NCBI GenBank assembly: GCA_030704615.1
Contig: CM060733.1
Span: forward strand, 57,908,001-57,972,000
Direction of reading: 5' to 3'
DNA: 64,000 nt
From: Takakia lepidozioides
Taxonomy: Eukaryota; Plantae; Bryophyta
The notes beneath the pieces are model-generated. The model worked only from the letters and a program-made list of their open reading frames with translations, did no database searches and was not told the origin of the DNA. Of the stretch, positions 1 to 12,200 are shown in pieces; position 1 is the stretch's first letter; every line of letters starts with the position of its first letter. The position numbers and the translations under genes were made by a program.

Positions 1-973
1 GGAAGTCGTGGGGGAACTTCCTCCGAGGGGCACCCGCGAAGGAAAAAAGCAAATCCCTGTCCGATTTTCTCACAAAGTCCTGCCATTCCACCACCTCGGC
101 ATCAGTCCGCGGATGGAATCCCGTCGGATACGGTACACCCATCTCCTTGGGATCCCAGGGGTTCCGCTCGATGGCCAACCTGGTCACGTTCTCCATCTCC
201 GGCATGTGAATAAAGCTCGAGCCCCAGCCCGTCTTCCCCGACCGTCTGAAATCCCACGAAATCCTACCAATCATGATAAAATGGTCGTGACCCAAGTTCC
301 TCTCCCAGTACTCCTGCCCCCTCAACCACCCCAGCAGCTCCACACCCAACGCATCCCGCTGCTCCGACGAGTTGAACCACAGGTACCGCACAATATCCAG
401 CCCAGCATAGAACGGGATGTAGAACGTCGAGGCTAGCTCGGGATTCAACGTCCTGCACGGGTGGTGCAGCATCCGAGCATGATGCAGCACCTCCCCACTG
501 AACTGGTCCGTCCCATACCACGGCCCCTCTTCCTGCCACCCCAGTTGCACCAGCCATGGCGACGAGCTCAGCGGAGGCCCTAGTCCAGAATTCGACAACT
601 CTGTGCATATATCCGCCCAGGGATTCAAGTGCGCGCAGTCATCTAGCAGCTCCTGATTAAACCTCGGCGGAAGCTGGTACACATACACCCGCCGACCCTC
701 ACACTGGCTATGGCTTCCCGCAAACTGCACCGACTCCCCTCCATGATGATGCTTCACTATCGTCGGTCTCCACAACCACTTCGCCGAGTATGAACCATCT
801 AGCTGACTCTCCGATAGCGGTGAAGTCACCTCGATCCTCCGCCATAGCCACGACGAGCATGGAGTTCTCAGCAGCGCCAGAATTAGCACCTGCACCAGCA
901 ATAGAGAGAGAAGGAGAACACGAGCCGCCATTGGGAACGACAATCCAAGCCTCCCTCCCTCTACTCTCCTCAT
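1..973 (-). CDS. GT47/exostosin-family xyloglucan glycosyltransferase (MUR3/XLT2 clade), 3' end beyond window
   Basis: Absent from the ORF track because it runs off the edge. Manual translation from ATG 973 gives MRRVEGGRLG..VLLLSLLLVQVLILALL (type II TM anchor)..CEGRRVYVYQLPPRFNQELLDDC..NSGLGP..WYGTDQF..FYIPFYAGLD..GHDHFIMIGRISWDFRR..WG..MGVPYPTGFHP..LLFSFAGAPR, the typical GT47-A motifs. No stop or intron seen. Confidence 0.9.
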   Translation of the reverse strand, partial: MRRVEGGRLGLSFPMAARVLLLSLLLVQVLILALLRTPCSSWLWRRIEVTSPLSESQLDGSYSAKWLWRPTIVKHHHGGESVQFAGSHSQCEGRRVYVYQLPPRFNQELLDDCAHLNPWADICTELSNSGLGPPLSSSPWLVQLGWQEEGPWYGTDQFSGEVLHHARMLHHPCRTLNPELASTFYIPFYAGLDIVRYLWFNSSEQRDALGVELLGWLRGQEYWERNLGHDHFIMIGRISWDFRRSGKTGWGSSFIHMPEMENVTRLAIERNPWDPKEMGVPYPTGFHPRTDAEVVEWQDFVRKSDRDLLFSFAGAPRRKFPHDF

Positions 974-3843
974 CACTCTGCGCGGGGGGGCATGGTCCTC
1001 ATGGTCCACTGCGGGGCCCCGCCCGCCCCACTCACCCGGGATAGTCGCCGGCCCGCGATTCTTGCCCGCCGACGAGCCGCCGTCACCGGTTACCACCCGT
1101 GCTCGTACCGCTCACCATTTCCTGCACCTTGGATCCCTCCACCGGCGCCCGCCGGTCCCCGCCCGGCCACTCCCAGTCAGCGGGCCCGGTGGCCCATTAC
1201 TTCTCCCTGTACCCGATGCCGCAAGGACGATGCCTCATTATGACCCCATAATTTCGATACTGCCCGTCCCCGAATCCCCTCCCTCCACGTACCTGTCCCT
1301 CAGAATGTCCCTCCTTTTTTTATTATTTAGTTTCAATTTTAATTCAGGTTCTGTTATGGCTGTCCCAATCGGAAAACAATTATTTTGGCACTCAATTATG
1401 GGTCGGTGCCGGTCACGGGCCGTGTCCCCAATCGGAAAAAGACCTGTTTTACGACTGCTATAATTACGATCTGTGGCAGGTTTAGCCAGTAATAAATATA
1501 ACTATAGATATTGGGGGGGATATTTAGGTAATATGGCGAAACCGGTGACTGGGCCACCCGGCCTGACATGCGACCTGCCGCAGGCGGACCCGGCGGTCGC
1601 CGTCAGGGCACGTTGAATGGGCAGGATCATTAACTACGGCTAATTAGGTCTGATTAGCGCCTAACCGGACGCTAATAAGCGCGGTTAGGGAGCCGTGGAG
1701 GCAAGTTAGCGGTCCGCGATCTCAGTTTCCGGGAGTGCGGGAAATTTTGGTCGGTTTGTTATGACAGTTATGGGGTTCGATAAAGTCATCAGTGGAGGAA
1801 TGAGAATATGGTACCGCAATATAACCCCAGTCAACTAAGTTATGTGGGAAATGTCAAACTCGGTAATATTCCATTCCAATATTACAGGGTTGTGTATATT
1901 TGGATGTAAAGCCACTAACTTTAGCTGTCACTGGAATTTGGAGTGCTCACAACAGTCAACGAATGAATGAAAAAGTTCATGAAAACAACTTAAGTGGGAA
2001 TGACATCATCCACTCCCCCATTTAATGGTTATGTTTATAGTTTGTAGTTTAAACTTTATACCAAAGATATTAAGTGGAGAAATTCCTCTTAGTTTTAGAT
2101 GTCACCTGGGACCGCAGAGGAGAGTAACTTGTGTTGGTAATATTTATTTAAAAAAAATAAAAAAAATTAGAAAATAAAAGAGGAGAGTAAGTGTTGGGTC
2201 AGATTGATTTGACTTTGAGGTTGATTGCTAGTTGGGTTGGTCAGCTTTCTTGTAAGTTAAGTATCCCTCCCTCGCTTCCTCCCTCCGGGTTCTTCCGGGA
2301 GGTAATACTTAAGTAATACCCTTCATGCAACTTTTGCTTTGCTGTGTTTATCGTCAGAAAATAATGCATTGCTTCGGGAGCATAAATTTTTCCAGACACA
2401 ATCTGATTTTCTGATATTTGTGTACATAAAATTTCACTACATGATGGTGAGTAGATTCAACTGGCCTTTACTGCCCCCCAAAGGATTCAGAAAAGGGGCA
2501 TGGAAAAAGAACCAGTAAAGCTTCAGAGTCACAAGAGTAGCACATCCCAGTCAAAGGAAGGCAACACTAGAACAGCTGTAAAGAAAGAGAATAAGTGGAG
2601 GGCATGATTGCAGAAGAGTGCAGGGAGCAGGCTGCCACTCTCCCTCACACATGGGGGGCATGCACTGTGACAGCTCCAGCGCTCTGAAGACGGAAGCTGT
2701 CAAAATCTCTGGCAACCCACATGAGTCCTGGGCCAATATTTGTTCTATATATCTTTCTTTCTTTCTCCTTTTTCTTTTTTCTTTTTTGGAAAAAGGGATG
2801 GAGGCCTTGAACTTTTTTTTTTCAATTTGATATGATTAATGAATGACAAAAGGAAAAAACAACTTTGCTCAAAAGCCATGAAGGCTTACAATTACAGATA
2901 CTGCCCCATCTAGTAATTGTTTGTGAATACTCAAGTATTGCCAAGAGTGTCTTGGAGCCCTTTCTGTGAAGGTGGCGGAGGCAGGGGTAGCTGATCTCCA
3001 TACATATAACATACACATTGCAGTTTTGCATATACTAAACCATGATTTTCTCAATATTTTTCCTTTATTTTTATTTTTATCTAGTTTTACAGTGAAACCT
3101 GTGAGCTTTAAATTTTACTATTTTAAATTTTATCAATAATTTTTAAGAAAAAACTGGGAGCCAATTCATGTCTTACAAGAGGGGGAGAAATAACACCCTT
3201 CCATTTATGACCCATGGAGGCAAACAGGAACCATGCCACACACTGCAAGGTAGCAGGATTCGAGCCCCAAACCACCGGGGTGGCACACATTGCTGGTGGT
3301 TCTTAATGAATAAGGCGGATGGTGCACTGAGTGCCACCCAGGTGATTCTGGGCTCAAATCTTGCTACCTTGTCGATGCGGTAAAAATTTCCCCCAGTTCC
3401 CTTTCCTAAGCATGGCAGGTTATTAGGATGCCAGCTAGTGCCGAGTTTTTCTTTCTCAGTGAGACAGAAGGCCGCGTCAACAAGTTCTGGCTAAACCCTA
3501 ATATATTTTAGCCAAAATGTCACATTTTTTGTAGCCAAATAAATATATTGTTAATAGTTAAATTATTGAAGGGGGACAAAAAGAGTTAAATCCCAAAGGG
3601 TGCCATACAGCCTCAACAGTCAACCATGACGAAGAAGAAAAACGAAGCTTGGGAACAATTGCATGGCGGCTCTTGTTGGTCAGGGCTACTCAGAAATTAG
3701 ATGGCTGGAAGAAAATATGGGTGCAAAGGAACAAGTGCGGGGTCGGGGGCGGTGGAAGCTGAGCTCCTGCTGCTGACCTAAAATTCTCTTATGACTTAGC
3801 CGCATTTCCCCAGTCAGCATATCTCTGCTACATCCCCAACTAT

Positions 3844-4467
3844 ATGCTAACTTTTAGGTCATCTCTAAATATTGCTACTTTTCCGTCTATCTTAGTATAT
3901 TCTTTTAGCGACTCGGCTATTCTGAAACACGCTACCCGCTCAAGTATCCAACTATGGTGGCGATGCTCAACACATCTTTGTCTCGACTTCACACCCCCCT
4001 CTGCTTGTTGGTCATACATGAACAGGATCGCTATGGCAGGAACTCCAGCATTCACTATCTCCATTGACTTGGATAATCACGTCAGAACGGTCAGCAGCAA
4101 CTCTATACGAAATTTGCATATCAACGCGCCGCTATCAGCTACGATACGAAACAATGCACAACATCCATATGGCAGGAACGCTAACACAACCAGAGTCTTC
4201 ATACACCCAGATGGCATAGGCGCAGCGCTTGCAATTCCAACAACACATCACAACAACCAAGAACAAGACTCACTTCACATCGGATCTGAAGACAATAATA
4301 CAAGTGAGGAATACCCAGCAGACTACTCAACTGAGGAAGAAAGAGTTTTTAACGCGTTCTGTGCACGACATGCGCCATCGCGGCCCTCCAGCCGACGGCG
4401 TTGGTGGGGGCGTCGGCGCGGCGTCACATCCCCTTTTTTTCTAACTTGCCCGGGAGTCCCATTCTAA
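3844..4467 (+). CDS. Uncharacterised ORF, possibly a fragment truncated by the adjacent CACTA end
   Basis: 207-aa ORF with an acidic patch. The last part runs into CACTA subterminal repeats. No recognisable motif. Confidence 0.2.
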   Translation: MLTFRSSLNIATFPSILVYSFSDSAILKHATRSSIQLWWRCSTHLCLDFTPPSACWSYMNRIAMAGTPAFTISIDLDNHVRTVSSNSIRNLHINAPLSATIRNNAQHPYGRNANTTRVFIHPDGIGAALAIPTTHHNNQEQDSLHIGSEDNNTSEEYPADYSTEEERVFNAFCARHAPSRPSSRRRWWGRRRGVTSPFFLTCPGVPF

Positions 4468-4870
4468 AACCCAAAACATGTGGTGTAAGCCGGGTGGTAC
4501 TCCAAGCGAGTATTGGGCATGGCAAAAAAAACAGTAGGAGCAAGAGTCGGGCTCCGGGGGGGGGTTTTTTTGTACGCTTGTGTTGTTTTTATCAAAAAAA
4601 AGGACGTGGCGCAGGCAGGTGGCGGTCTCCGACGCCAGGGCGTTGCGGCTTGCGACCCCCGGACCAAAAAAAAACACGTCGCAGGGGGTATGGGGTTTGC
4701 GACGCCCGACCGTCGCGGCTTGCGACCCCCGCCCAAAAAACACGTTGCCATTGGCGACGTCCTGCAGTCGCGAGGATAGCCTGGGGGGGGGGGGGTTGGG
4801 GTGTTTTTGGGGGTGAATTGGGGGTGGTTTTTTGTTTTTTGCCTGGTTTTGTATTTGGGGATGGGAGGCC
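4390..4870. mobile_element. CACTA subterminal repeat region (terminus not identified)
   Basis: Clustered TGCGAC/GTCGCA repeats in both orientations with A/T and G runs, same style as 7290-7532 and 18423-18700. Confidence 0.6.
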
Positions 4871-4999
4871 TTACAGTTCCATTTCTCTGATTTAGCAGGT
4901 ACACAATTGAGCAAACATGAATCGAGGGTGAGGACGGTGCGACACATGAATAAGATGGAAGATGGAAAGATGGAAATATATTTACAGGAAATGAGCTGA

Positions 5000-6476
5000 A
5001 AAGCTCACAAGGGTTCAGTAGGCTGACCCTGGGACTTACACGGAGCATATTTTGCAATTTTGCCAATCGAGAGAACTGTAGGGTTTGTGGAGCGGTAGCT
5101 ATCATGACACGGGCCAGTAATGTGATGTGTTATTGGGAGGGGGCTAGATGTGGGGTAGTATTGGCAGTTACATTGGAGGCGAGGAATGGTAATGATGATA
5201 TGTGCTAGGCTGGCTGATAGTTGCGCCATGTGCTTCGAGAGAATTTCCCTTAATTGTCCAATCAAACAGATCACCAGTGGGTATTGTTGCCTTAGGTTCA
5301 TGGCATGGGTTGTGATGGATTTTATAGGTACTGTTGAATGTGGTATCAGAACATAGGTAATATTCCAATGCTATATCTGCATACAGTAGTTGCCAGGCAT
5401 ATGGGTATGTGTTTGTTTTTGTAGCATAGGTATATGAGGTGATTTTTGTGAGGGACTTGATGTGGATGCAGTTTGTATCAGTACTGGTTGTACCTGTTAT
5501 GGTGGAGCAGGGCAGTTGCGTGAGAGTTGATGTTGGATCAGCTGAGGTATTTTGTGGACATAGCTTTGTTGAGGAGCCTTGCCTTGTTGAGGAGCTTGCA
5601 ATGTCTAGACTGTGGGTTGTGTGGGGATTTAGCGCTGGCTCATGTGGGCTATTTTCTTGGTGTTCCATGGGAATTTCATGCTTCAGCCTAATTGCAACAG
5701 GTGGACCTACGTTGTTTCGCAGTTCTGGATAGCAGTGAGAATTTGCCACATTCCAGGAAGGTACCCACTGTGTGCTGGATGACGTTTGTAATTGGTGCTC
5801 AGTCTGCCTTAATTGTGCAATTTGCAGGGGCCATTTAATGAGGGCCAAGGTGTGTCTTGTTATAATTGGTATGTGGTTATATAACCGCCTGTGTATAGGT
5901 TGAGTGGTGTGTGTGGTGCTTAGAAGGGGGTTGCAGGCACTGAGATACAAATTTAGAAGTGATTCTGTAACGACTTTTTGTGTGGAGGCTCCTGCATTCT
6001 TTAATATGAAGAGGTTTGTGTTGTCTAGAAGTATTTTTGCTTCTTAGAGGGGGGCTTTGTGAATGAGGCCTTATTATGCCAAGGCAGTTGGGCTGTGGGC
6101 CACGGTAAGTGGTTTTTTTCTGATAAATAATGAACCGTGTGCATAGATGTGGGGGTCATGATGATTATGAAGAGGTATTGCTTGCTTGCAAGATTGCAGA
6201 TTGCAAGGATGTAAGAAATTGGGCATCAATGTCTCTGTAAATATAGGGGGTTACATAGTGCTTGTAACTGATAGCGAAGAGTTGGTTCCTTATTTTGGTG
6301 CCTACCAGGAGTAAGATCGTTAACATGGATAATGCTGCATACTCTAAACCTCCATTTTACGGGTTGCCTCTGCTGGATGGTAGTCCAGGCGTAGATAGCT
6401 GGTGATTGGTAGCTATAGATCTGAAGTGGTAGCCTTGGTGGATGCTTTCATGAGATAGAGGAGAATTGTTAGAATT

Positions 6477-6518
<42 letters not shown>

Positions 6519-7150
6519 TAAGGGGGAGTAATATGTGCTATTGTGATGAGTGCTGATATCGATTGGGGTTAGTATGTCATCAATGGAAACATAGTGCAGA
6601 TTCAAGACAAAGGTAAACAAGAGGTATTGCACACTATAGATCTGGAGTGGCAGCCTTGGTGGGTGCTTTCATGAGATTGAGGGGATTTTTTTTGGTTCTG
6701 CAAGGGGGAGTAATATGTGCTATTGTAATGGGTGCTGATATCGATTGGGGTTAGTACAATAAGGCAACATAAGATACAATAACTTTGAAGCGAGTTGTTA
6801 GAGAGGGAGAAGAGCAACTTGGCAGAGTAAGTGGGCGAGTGTTGTGTAAGCATACAATAAACGGTAGGAATGTGAAAGAGGTTACTGATTGCGTAACTTA
6901 CCAGGGGTTGCTTGTCAGTGAGGCGTAATATTGGGTTTGGGGAGTATGACACATCTAGCCACAAGATCCTTCGGGCAGGGTCAGATCTCAATCTCCCCTT
7001 GTTGCTCTTTGGGCTCCAGCTGAGAGGGATATCCCTGGCGATATATCGTTGAGGGTAGGCGAGGCCTGTACTTTGCAATATCTGAACATGCATTGTAACC
7101 GGGTATTGTTGTGGGTTCTGTTGGGCGCAGGTACGGTTAGCTTGTGTGGA
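5000..7150 (-). mobile_element. Degenerate C/A-rich 5' region of a LINE family (related to 8860-11750)
   Basis: Strong C/A skew on the minus strand. The segment near 5790-5830 (cagtctgccttaattgtgcaatttgcagggg) resembles 10870-10900 (cagtctgcctcaagcgtaaaattagcagggg). Confidence 0.45.
6415..6755. repeat. Local tandem duplication (about 120-165 bp), first copy with an expanded T run of about 40 nt
   Basis: atagatctg(a/g)agtgg..ccttggtgg..gctttcatgagat..aagggggagtaatatgtgctattgt..gctgatatcgattggggttagta occurs at about 6415 and about 6636. Confidence 0.8.
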
Positions 7151-7289
7151 GAATGGTACTTCTCAATTATAGCCACCAGGGTCCCAGCAGTCCGGTGCTG
7201 GTAGAGTCTGTAAGAGCCAAAAGTTTGCAGTTTGTGTGGAGCTTGTGTCCCTTTTACTATAGCCACCTGGGTCCCAACAAACCCGTGCT

Positions 7290-7532
7290 GGTTGAGACGG
7301 CGAGACGTCGCTCGAAGAGGCCCCTGCCATCGGCGCGGACGGCCTGAAAAAGAGACGTCCGGCAGTCGCGGGGGTTGGGGCGGGGGCTCGCGACCCCCAT
7401 ACGTTGCATTTTTGCGACGCCCATGCAACTGCCGGGCGTCGCAAAATTTGCGCTGCCGGGTGCCCGAAAAGGGCGTTTCCCGACGCTGCGGCGCGGCTCG
7501 GGCGTCGCAAAGGCCCCCCTTTTCCTGCAGTG
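7290..7532. mobile_element. CACTA/CACTG transposon terminus with subterminal repeats
   Basis: Ends in ..ccccttttcctgcagtg, which reads CACTGCAGGAAAAGGGG on the minus strand, preceded by dense GCGAC/GTCGC repeats. Confidence 0.7.
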
Positions 7533-7841
7533 TCTGGTATGGGGACATTAGCTTTGACACAACTTATATCAAGACAATGGACTCTGAATTGGAAGTAGTG
7601 CCTGCCTCTTGCAAGACGATGTAGAATTACTTTCTGACGTGGAGCATACCTTACCAGGCAAGTCATGGCGAGTGAGCCAGAGAGCAACAATAAGGCCAAA
7701 CATCGTGTTTAATGGCACCACAATGCCTGTCACTATCAGTGTCATCTTTACCTGCCATCCCTCCACCGCCCAGATATTGGTCCCCAATCTTCTGATACAA
7801 TTCCTAACTACCCACTAGGACTATATCATTTCCAAGACCAA

Positions 7842-8711
7842 GTGCTAGAAGACGAGGAGAGCATACTTCATCATATTGTCGACTCGGGGCAACCAACGAT
7901 AGTAAATCAAGCACAATGGATTGGAATCTCTGAGTTCTCAGCAGAAGACGGCGTCTGGCTAGATAGGTTTGAAGTACTGGCCGACTTGGTAACTGACAGA
8001 CTGTTCTACAAACTAACCTCCAAGGCCAGATCTCAGACACTTGAATGGGGACGGTACCCAACTACATCAGCCCTCAGCAGAGTCACAGCAATTGTTGACC
8101 AACATTTCAACTACAAATTATCCCCCACAGAAATCAAGAAAAAGTTGTTAAGAGGAGAGCCCCTGCTCTGGAGGGAGCTTGGACTATCCAAAGACATCTG
8201 CTTCGAAGACCATGATGGAGCCACTACGCACGCTGGCCAGCACCACAGAATTAACAAGCTATGGTTGGACAAATTCATCCATGGACAAGGAGCAACCCTG
8301 CTACGGTTCATGTGGTTTGGACATGGAGGATTGCTCGACATTGGATACCATCAAATGCTCTCCGGCATTCCTGCAGCACAAGCCCAAGCAACAGAAGGTA
8401 ACTTGGTCTTCTACCCAACGATTAAGTTTGAAGAAGAACGAGTATATAGGTACAGAGCCAACACTAGGCTTGATGGTCTTCCTACTGGCGCTGTCATGGT
8501 CCGTGAATGGGGATCAGACCCGACACATGTGGACTACTGGATTATGGGCACCACACACTGGCACATGGTCGTGGCAGCCACTTACACTACGGACTCACAC
8601 AATCTTCTACAAGCCACACATATGCAGGAATGGAAATCCCCAAATAACCAGACTGGGCAGCATATATGGTCATTATCTGTCGAGTTGCGAAGGCAAAGAC
8701 ATTGTTTCTAA
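7842..8711 (+). CDS. Uncharacterised 289-aa ORF
   Basis: Long ORF with normal globular-protein composition in a region of short ORFs. No motif recognised. Confidence 0.35.
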   Translation: MLEDEESILHHIVDSGQPTIVNQAQWIGISEFSAEDGVWLDRFEVLADLVTDRLFYKLTSKARSQTLEWGRYPTTSALSRVTAIVDQHFNYKLSPTEIKKKLLRGEPLLWRELGLSKDICFEDHDGATTHAGQHHRINKLWLDKFIHGQGATLLRFMWFGHGGLLDIGYHQMLSGIPAAQAQATEGNLVFYPTIKFEEERVYRYRANTRLDGLPTGAVMVREWGSDPTHVDYWIMGTTHWHMVVAATYTTDSHNLLQATHMQEWKSPNNQTGQHIWSLSVELRRQRHCF

Positions 8712-8859
8712 CCTGAAGTTACCACAAATTCCTGGAGCGTGTTTAGAGTTTGGTATCGTTCGGCCACCTCGAGCATTTTGGGCTCGTGTCGCACTCCATT
8801 TGACAGAGAGAACGCACAAGTCTCTTTCGATGGTGTGTAAAGAAATCCAAAATTAGATT

Positions 8860-11750
8860 GTGTGCGTAGGCTACCACATATAGGATTTCAGGTCGATCCC
8901 TGCGTTGTATGCCGCGTAGATATATTTGATGATCTGAGTAGTTGGCAGCCCTTCCATCGTTTGAGCCCTTGATGTGGAGGAAGCCAGTCTCTCGTGCTTT
9001 CAGTTTCGAAACTTTTTTTCAACTTTGCCCTGCACGGGATTGTCTTCCGCTAATGTGAGTATGAATGTTCGATTGTCCAAGAGCAAGTCAATGCCATCCT
9101 TTTCTGGATATTTGAGGCAGATCTTGATAAGACCTAACCACACCGTGGGGTATTTCTTATGTCCAAAAGCTGAGACAAGGTGCAACACCTCGTTACCAAG
9201 TGGTATTCCCATGTAGGATAGCCTTGCTTTTGTTTTTGCCGTGACTTCTATGCATTTCATGGGGCGCCCTTTCTCAAATCGGATTAGAATGTGATATCCA
9301 AATGAGAGCCTTCGCAGGGTTGCAGTCTGCGGTTTTGGGGAGCTGCGTGAGATGATAGAATTTGTCTTTCTCTTCTGTCCGACCTTTGTGAGGATACAGT
9401 ATCTGGCGAGTCCTGGTAAGGCCTTTGGACCACTGGAGTATTTCTACACTTCCGATTCGGAGATGCCAGCTGCAATAGTTCCATCGACAGATCTGCAGTC
9501 TTGTCCAATAGGGTCACCAGCTTCCCTTGCCAAGCTTTCCATAGTAGGATACCCCCAACCGAGGTGGACAGAGTACTGCATCTGTGTTTGTGGTGACTGC
9601 GAGTTGCTTCGACCTTTCTTGTTGGTGGTGGTGTGGTTTGATTAAGAGCTGTCATCGTCGTTTGTTGCTCGCTTGACGAGTATTGACTAAGCATTATTTG
9701 ATGTAAGCGTGTCTCCGAGATGGAGGTCATCGAGACTGTGTTTGAAGGTCACGAGCTCGTTGGGGACATTCTTTCATCTTGTAAGGGTGGAACATTGAGA
9801 GCAGCATCAACACCCCCGACCTGGTGCTTTGGTTTTTGTGTTCATGGTGAGCGATAAGGAGGGTGTGGTCGCAGAACTAGTGGTAAGGTGCAAGGGGGGG
9901 AGCGGGGGGATGAAGCATGAAGTGTTGCTTGGTGAGTGACTATGAGTGCATGTTAAGTGTTGAAGATAGAGCTTGCTCTCACCTTGCTGGAGGATAGAGT
10001 ATAGAGCTGTTTATGTCTGCTGTTGGGCGAAGTGCCTGACGGCGTTGTACTGGGCGCAGTTGGTTATCGAGAAGCACTCAAAGTGAGGATACTGTAGTAT
10101 TGATGGGTTGAATTATCAGCCAAATGGGGACATTTTGGATAGTTGCAGTGCATTGATTGTGGAGTGGACATTTGGAAGCCGAAAGCTACCCAAGTTAGTG
10201 TAATCTTAGCCAACCAGCAGTATGGTGGAGTGGGCGCTTGATTGTTGGGTCGAGAAAGGCTAAGGTGTGGGCGGGTTGAATGCTTAGATCGATATTTTAG
10301 GGTTAGGTCCAATATCTAATGATTCCAAGTCTGTCATTAGTGCTTTGTTTGTGTTCCTTTAACTGTATCGGCAAGCGCCATGCAACATTGCATCCATGTT
10401 GTGCGTGTTTATATGCCACATTAAGCAATATGATAGCGCTTTTGGCTGTCAACAGCACGGATTGCAGTTTCAGCTGGCAATATGGAACCGCTTGTGTTGG
10501 GATGCTTGTAGTTTTGTTTGCAGATTCTGGTATTGGAGGTAATAAGGGCTGTGGCCAGGATTGTACCGCATTGCGATAAGTTGTTTTCTATTTTCTGTTG
10601 ACTTATAAGTGAGGGGTATGCAATGTTGATTTAGAGAAAGGTTGTCACGGGGGGAGCAATCGAATTGTATTGGCAATATTTAGTATTAGCACGAGACCAT
10701 ATATTTGCAATTGTAGTGTGGGTTTTTTGAATGACATGTTGTGGTGAAAGTATGCATATGGGTGTATTTTGATTGTGATAAGGGGGGGGCTAAGGTTATC
10801 ATCTTGAGGCACATATTATGCAATTGGTTTTTGGAGTCATAGTGTACTTAGGAGTTTGTAATTGATTTTCAGTCTGCCTCAAGCGTAAAATTAGCAGGGG
10901 CTGCTTAATGAGGGTCGAGGTCTGTTCTTGGCATGGGGTTGTAGGTCATTTTGGGTTTCTTGAAGGGGTCATGTGACATGTTGTATATAGGTTGCATGAG
11001 GTGTATGGTTGTTAAGGTAATAATATTAGTTGTTTGTGTGTGTACAGATGCGGTGTTCAGGTTGGATTGCATTATCAGGGAGTCTGGTTGGGGGAGTAGA
11101 TCATAATACTTTGGTTTGCAAATATTGAGGGTTTGAGTGCAGTATTGTTGAGGTATATGATTAATGCTAGCCCTTACCTGATATGGATGTGTGTCTGGTT
11201 GGGTCTGTATAGGATGGGCGTGTGTGTGTTTAAGCAAAGCTGCATAGTTTTGTTGCATTATGGATTTATATATAGTGATGTGATGACTGTGAGGGTAGAT
11301 AAGTGGACCATGATGGGTATTACACACACGGTTTTGTGCAATTGGGCTTTGGTTACATGTCTTTAGTGTCCTCTGGTGCTGGCATTCAAGGGTTTGTTCG
11401 AGGTCGAGGTCATGTTGGTGTTCGAACCTTGGTCTATTATATGCAGTCATTGTTGTGTGTGTATAGTGGGAGCTTAGGGGAGTGGACTGGGTATTGATAT
11501 CGAAACTTAGCATGACTATGTGGATGTGATGATGTTTAAAGAGGTTGCTTGGTAACACTTGTGGTCTCCTGGTTTGAAAGTAGTTGTAAGTTGATCCTGT
11601 AATGAGGAGGTAGTAGTGTGTGCATGTTTTTGTATTTGTGAAGCTAAGTGGTTAGAGAAGGGGGGGGGGGATGCTTGGCGACAGTTGAGCTGGATTGTAG
11701 GTTTGGATGTTTTGGGGTGTGTGAGGTGTTGGCTCAAATGCCCAGATTGT
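8860..11750 (-). mobile_element. 5' part (long C/A-rich leader plus decayed ORF1) of a LINE, homologous to 44000-47150
   Basis: Minus-strand peptides KFYHLTQLPK..ILIRFEK and PVQGKVEKKF match plus-strand QYYPLNQLPK..FVIRFDK and PLQGKVEKAF at 46440-46740. Confidence 0.65.
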
Positions 11751-11759
11751 GGCTCTATC

Positions 11760-12200
11760 AGCCCAATAACTAGGCCTCAGGAGGGCCTGGGCTTTTGGCT
11801 CAGCCTTGAGACTTTCAAAGTTAGTAAACATAGGTACACGTACAATTCCCTTGATAGATTTGAAGAGAGCGTCTCTTTGGTGAGAGAACCCCGGACAGTG
11901 TATCAGAAAATGAGTATTGTCTTCAAATTGCCCACACAACGGGCAATTGTACTCTCCTCTTTTCCTCTCTGATTCTATTGCTGTTCAAAGGTAGGCTTCT
12001 TGCCCCGAGTTTTAATTTCAGACTAGTGCCGAGAGTGGGTAGACCCCACCCTTGAGGTCATCCAAGATGTCCTCCCCCATGTCACTGACTGGAAACAAGT
12101 TCAGGGAAGTTTTCTGCCTAACTTCATTTTCATTAGACAATGCAACAGACATGGCTTTGGACACTACCACCTCTAAGTCAATTTTATCAACCCATATTGC
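11760..12200 (-). mobile_element. LINE 3'-terminal coding fragment (zinc-knuckle CPLC..HFLIHC), copy 1
   Basis: High-identity reverse complement of 15120-15510 (CGQFEDNTHFLIHCPGFSHQRDALFK). Confidence 0.8.

Noticed and set aside
8-1463. Plus-strand ORFs at the window start
   Set aside because: Antisense shadows of the GC-rich GT47 CDS and its upstream region.
4401-5105. Arg/Pro-rich ORFs here and at 7163-7699 and 18325-18912
   Set aside because: They arise from GC-rich CACTA subterminal repeats that are open in several frames on both strands.
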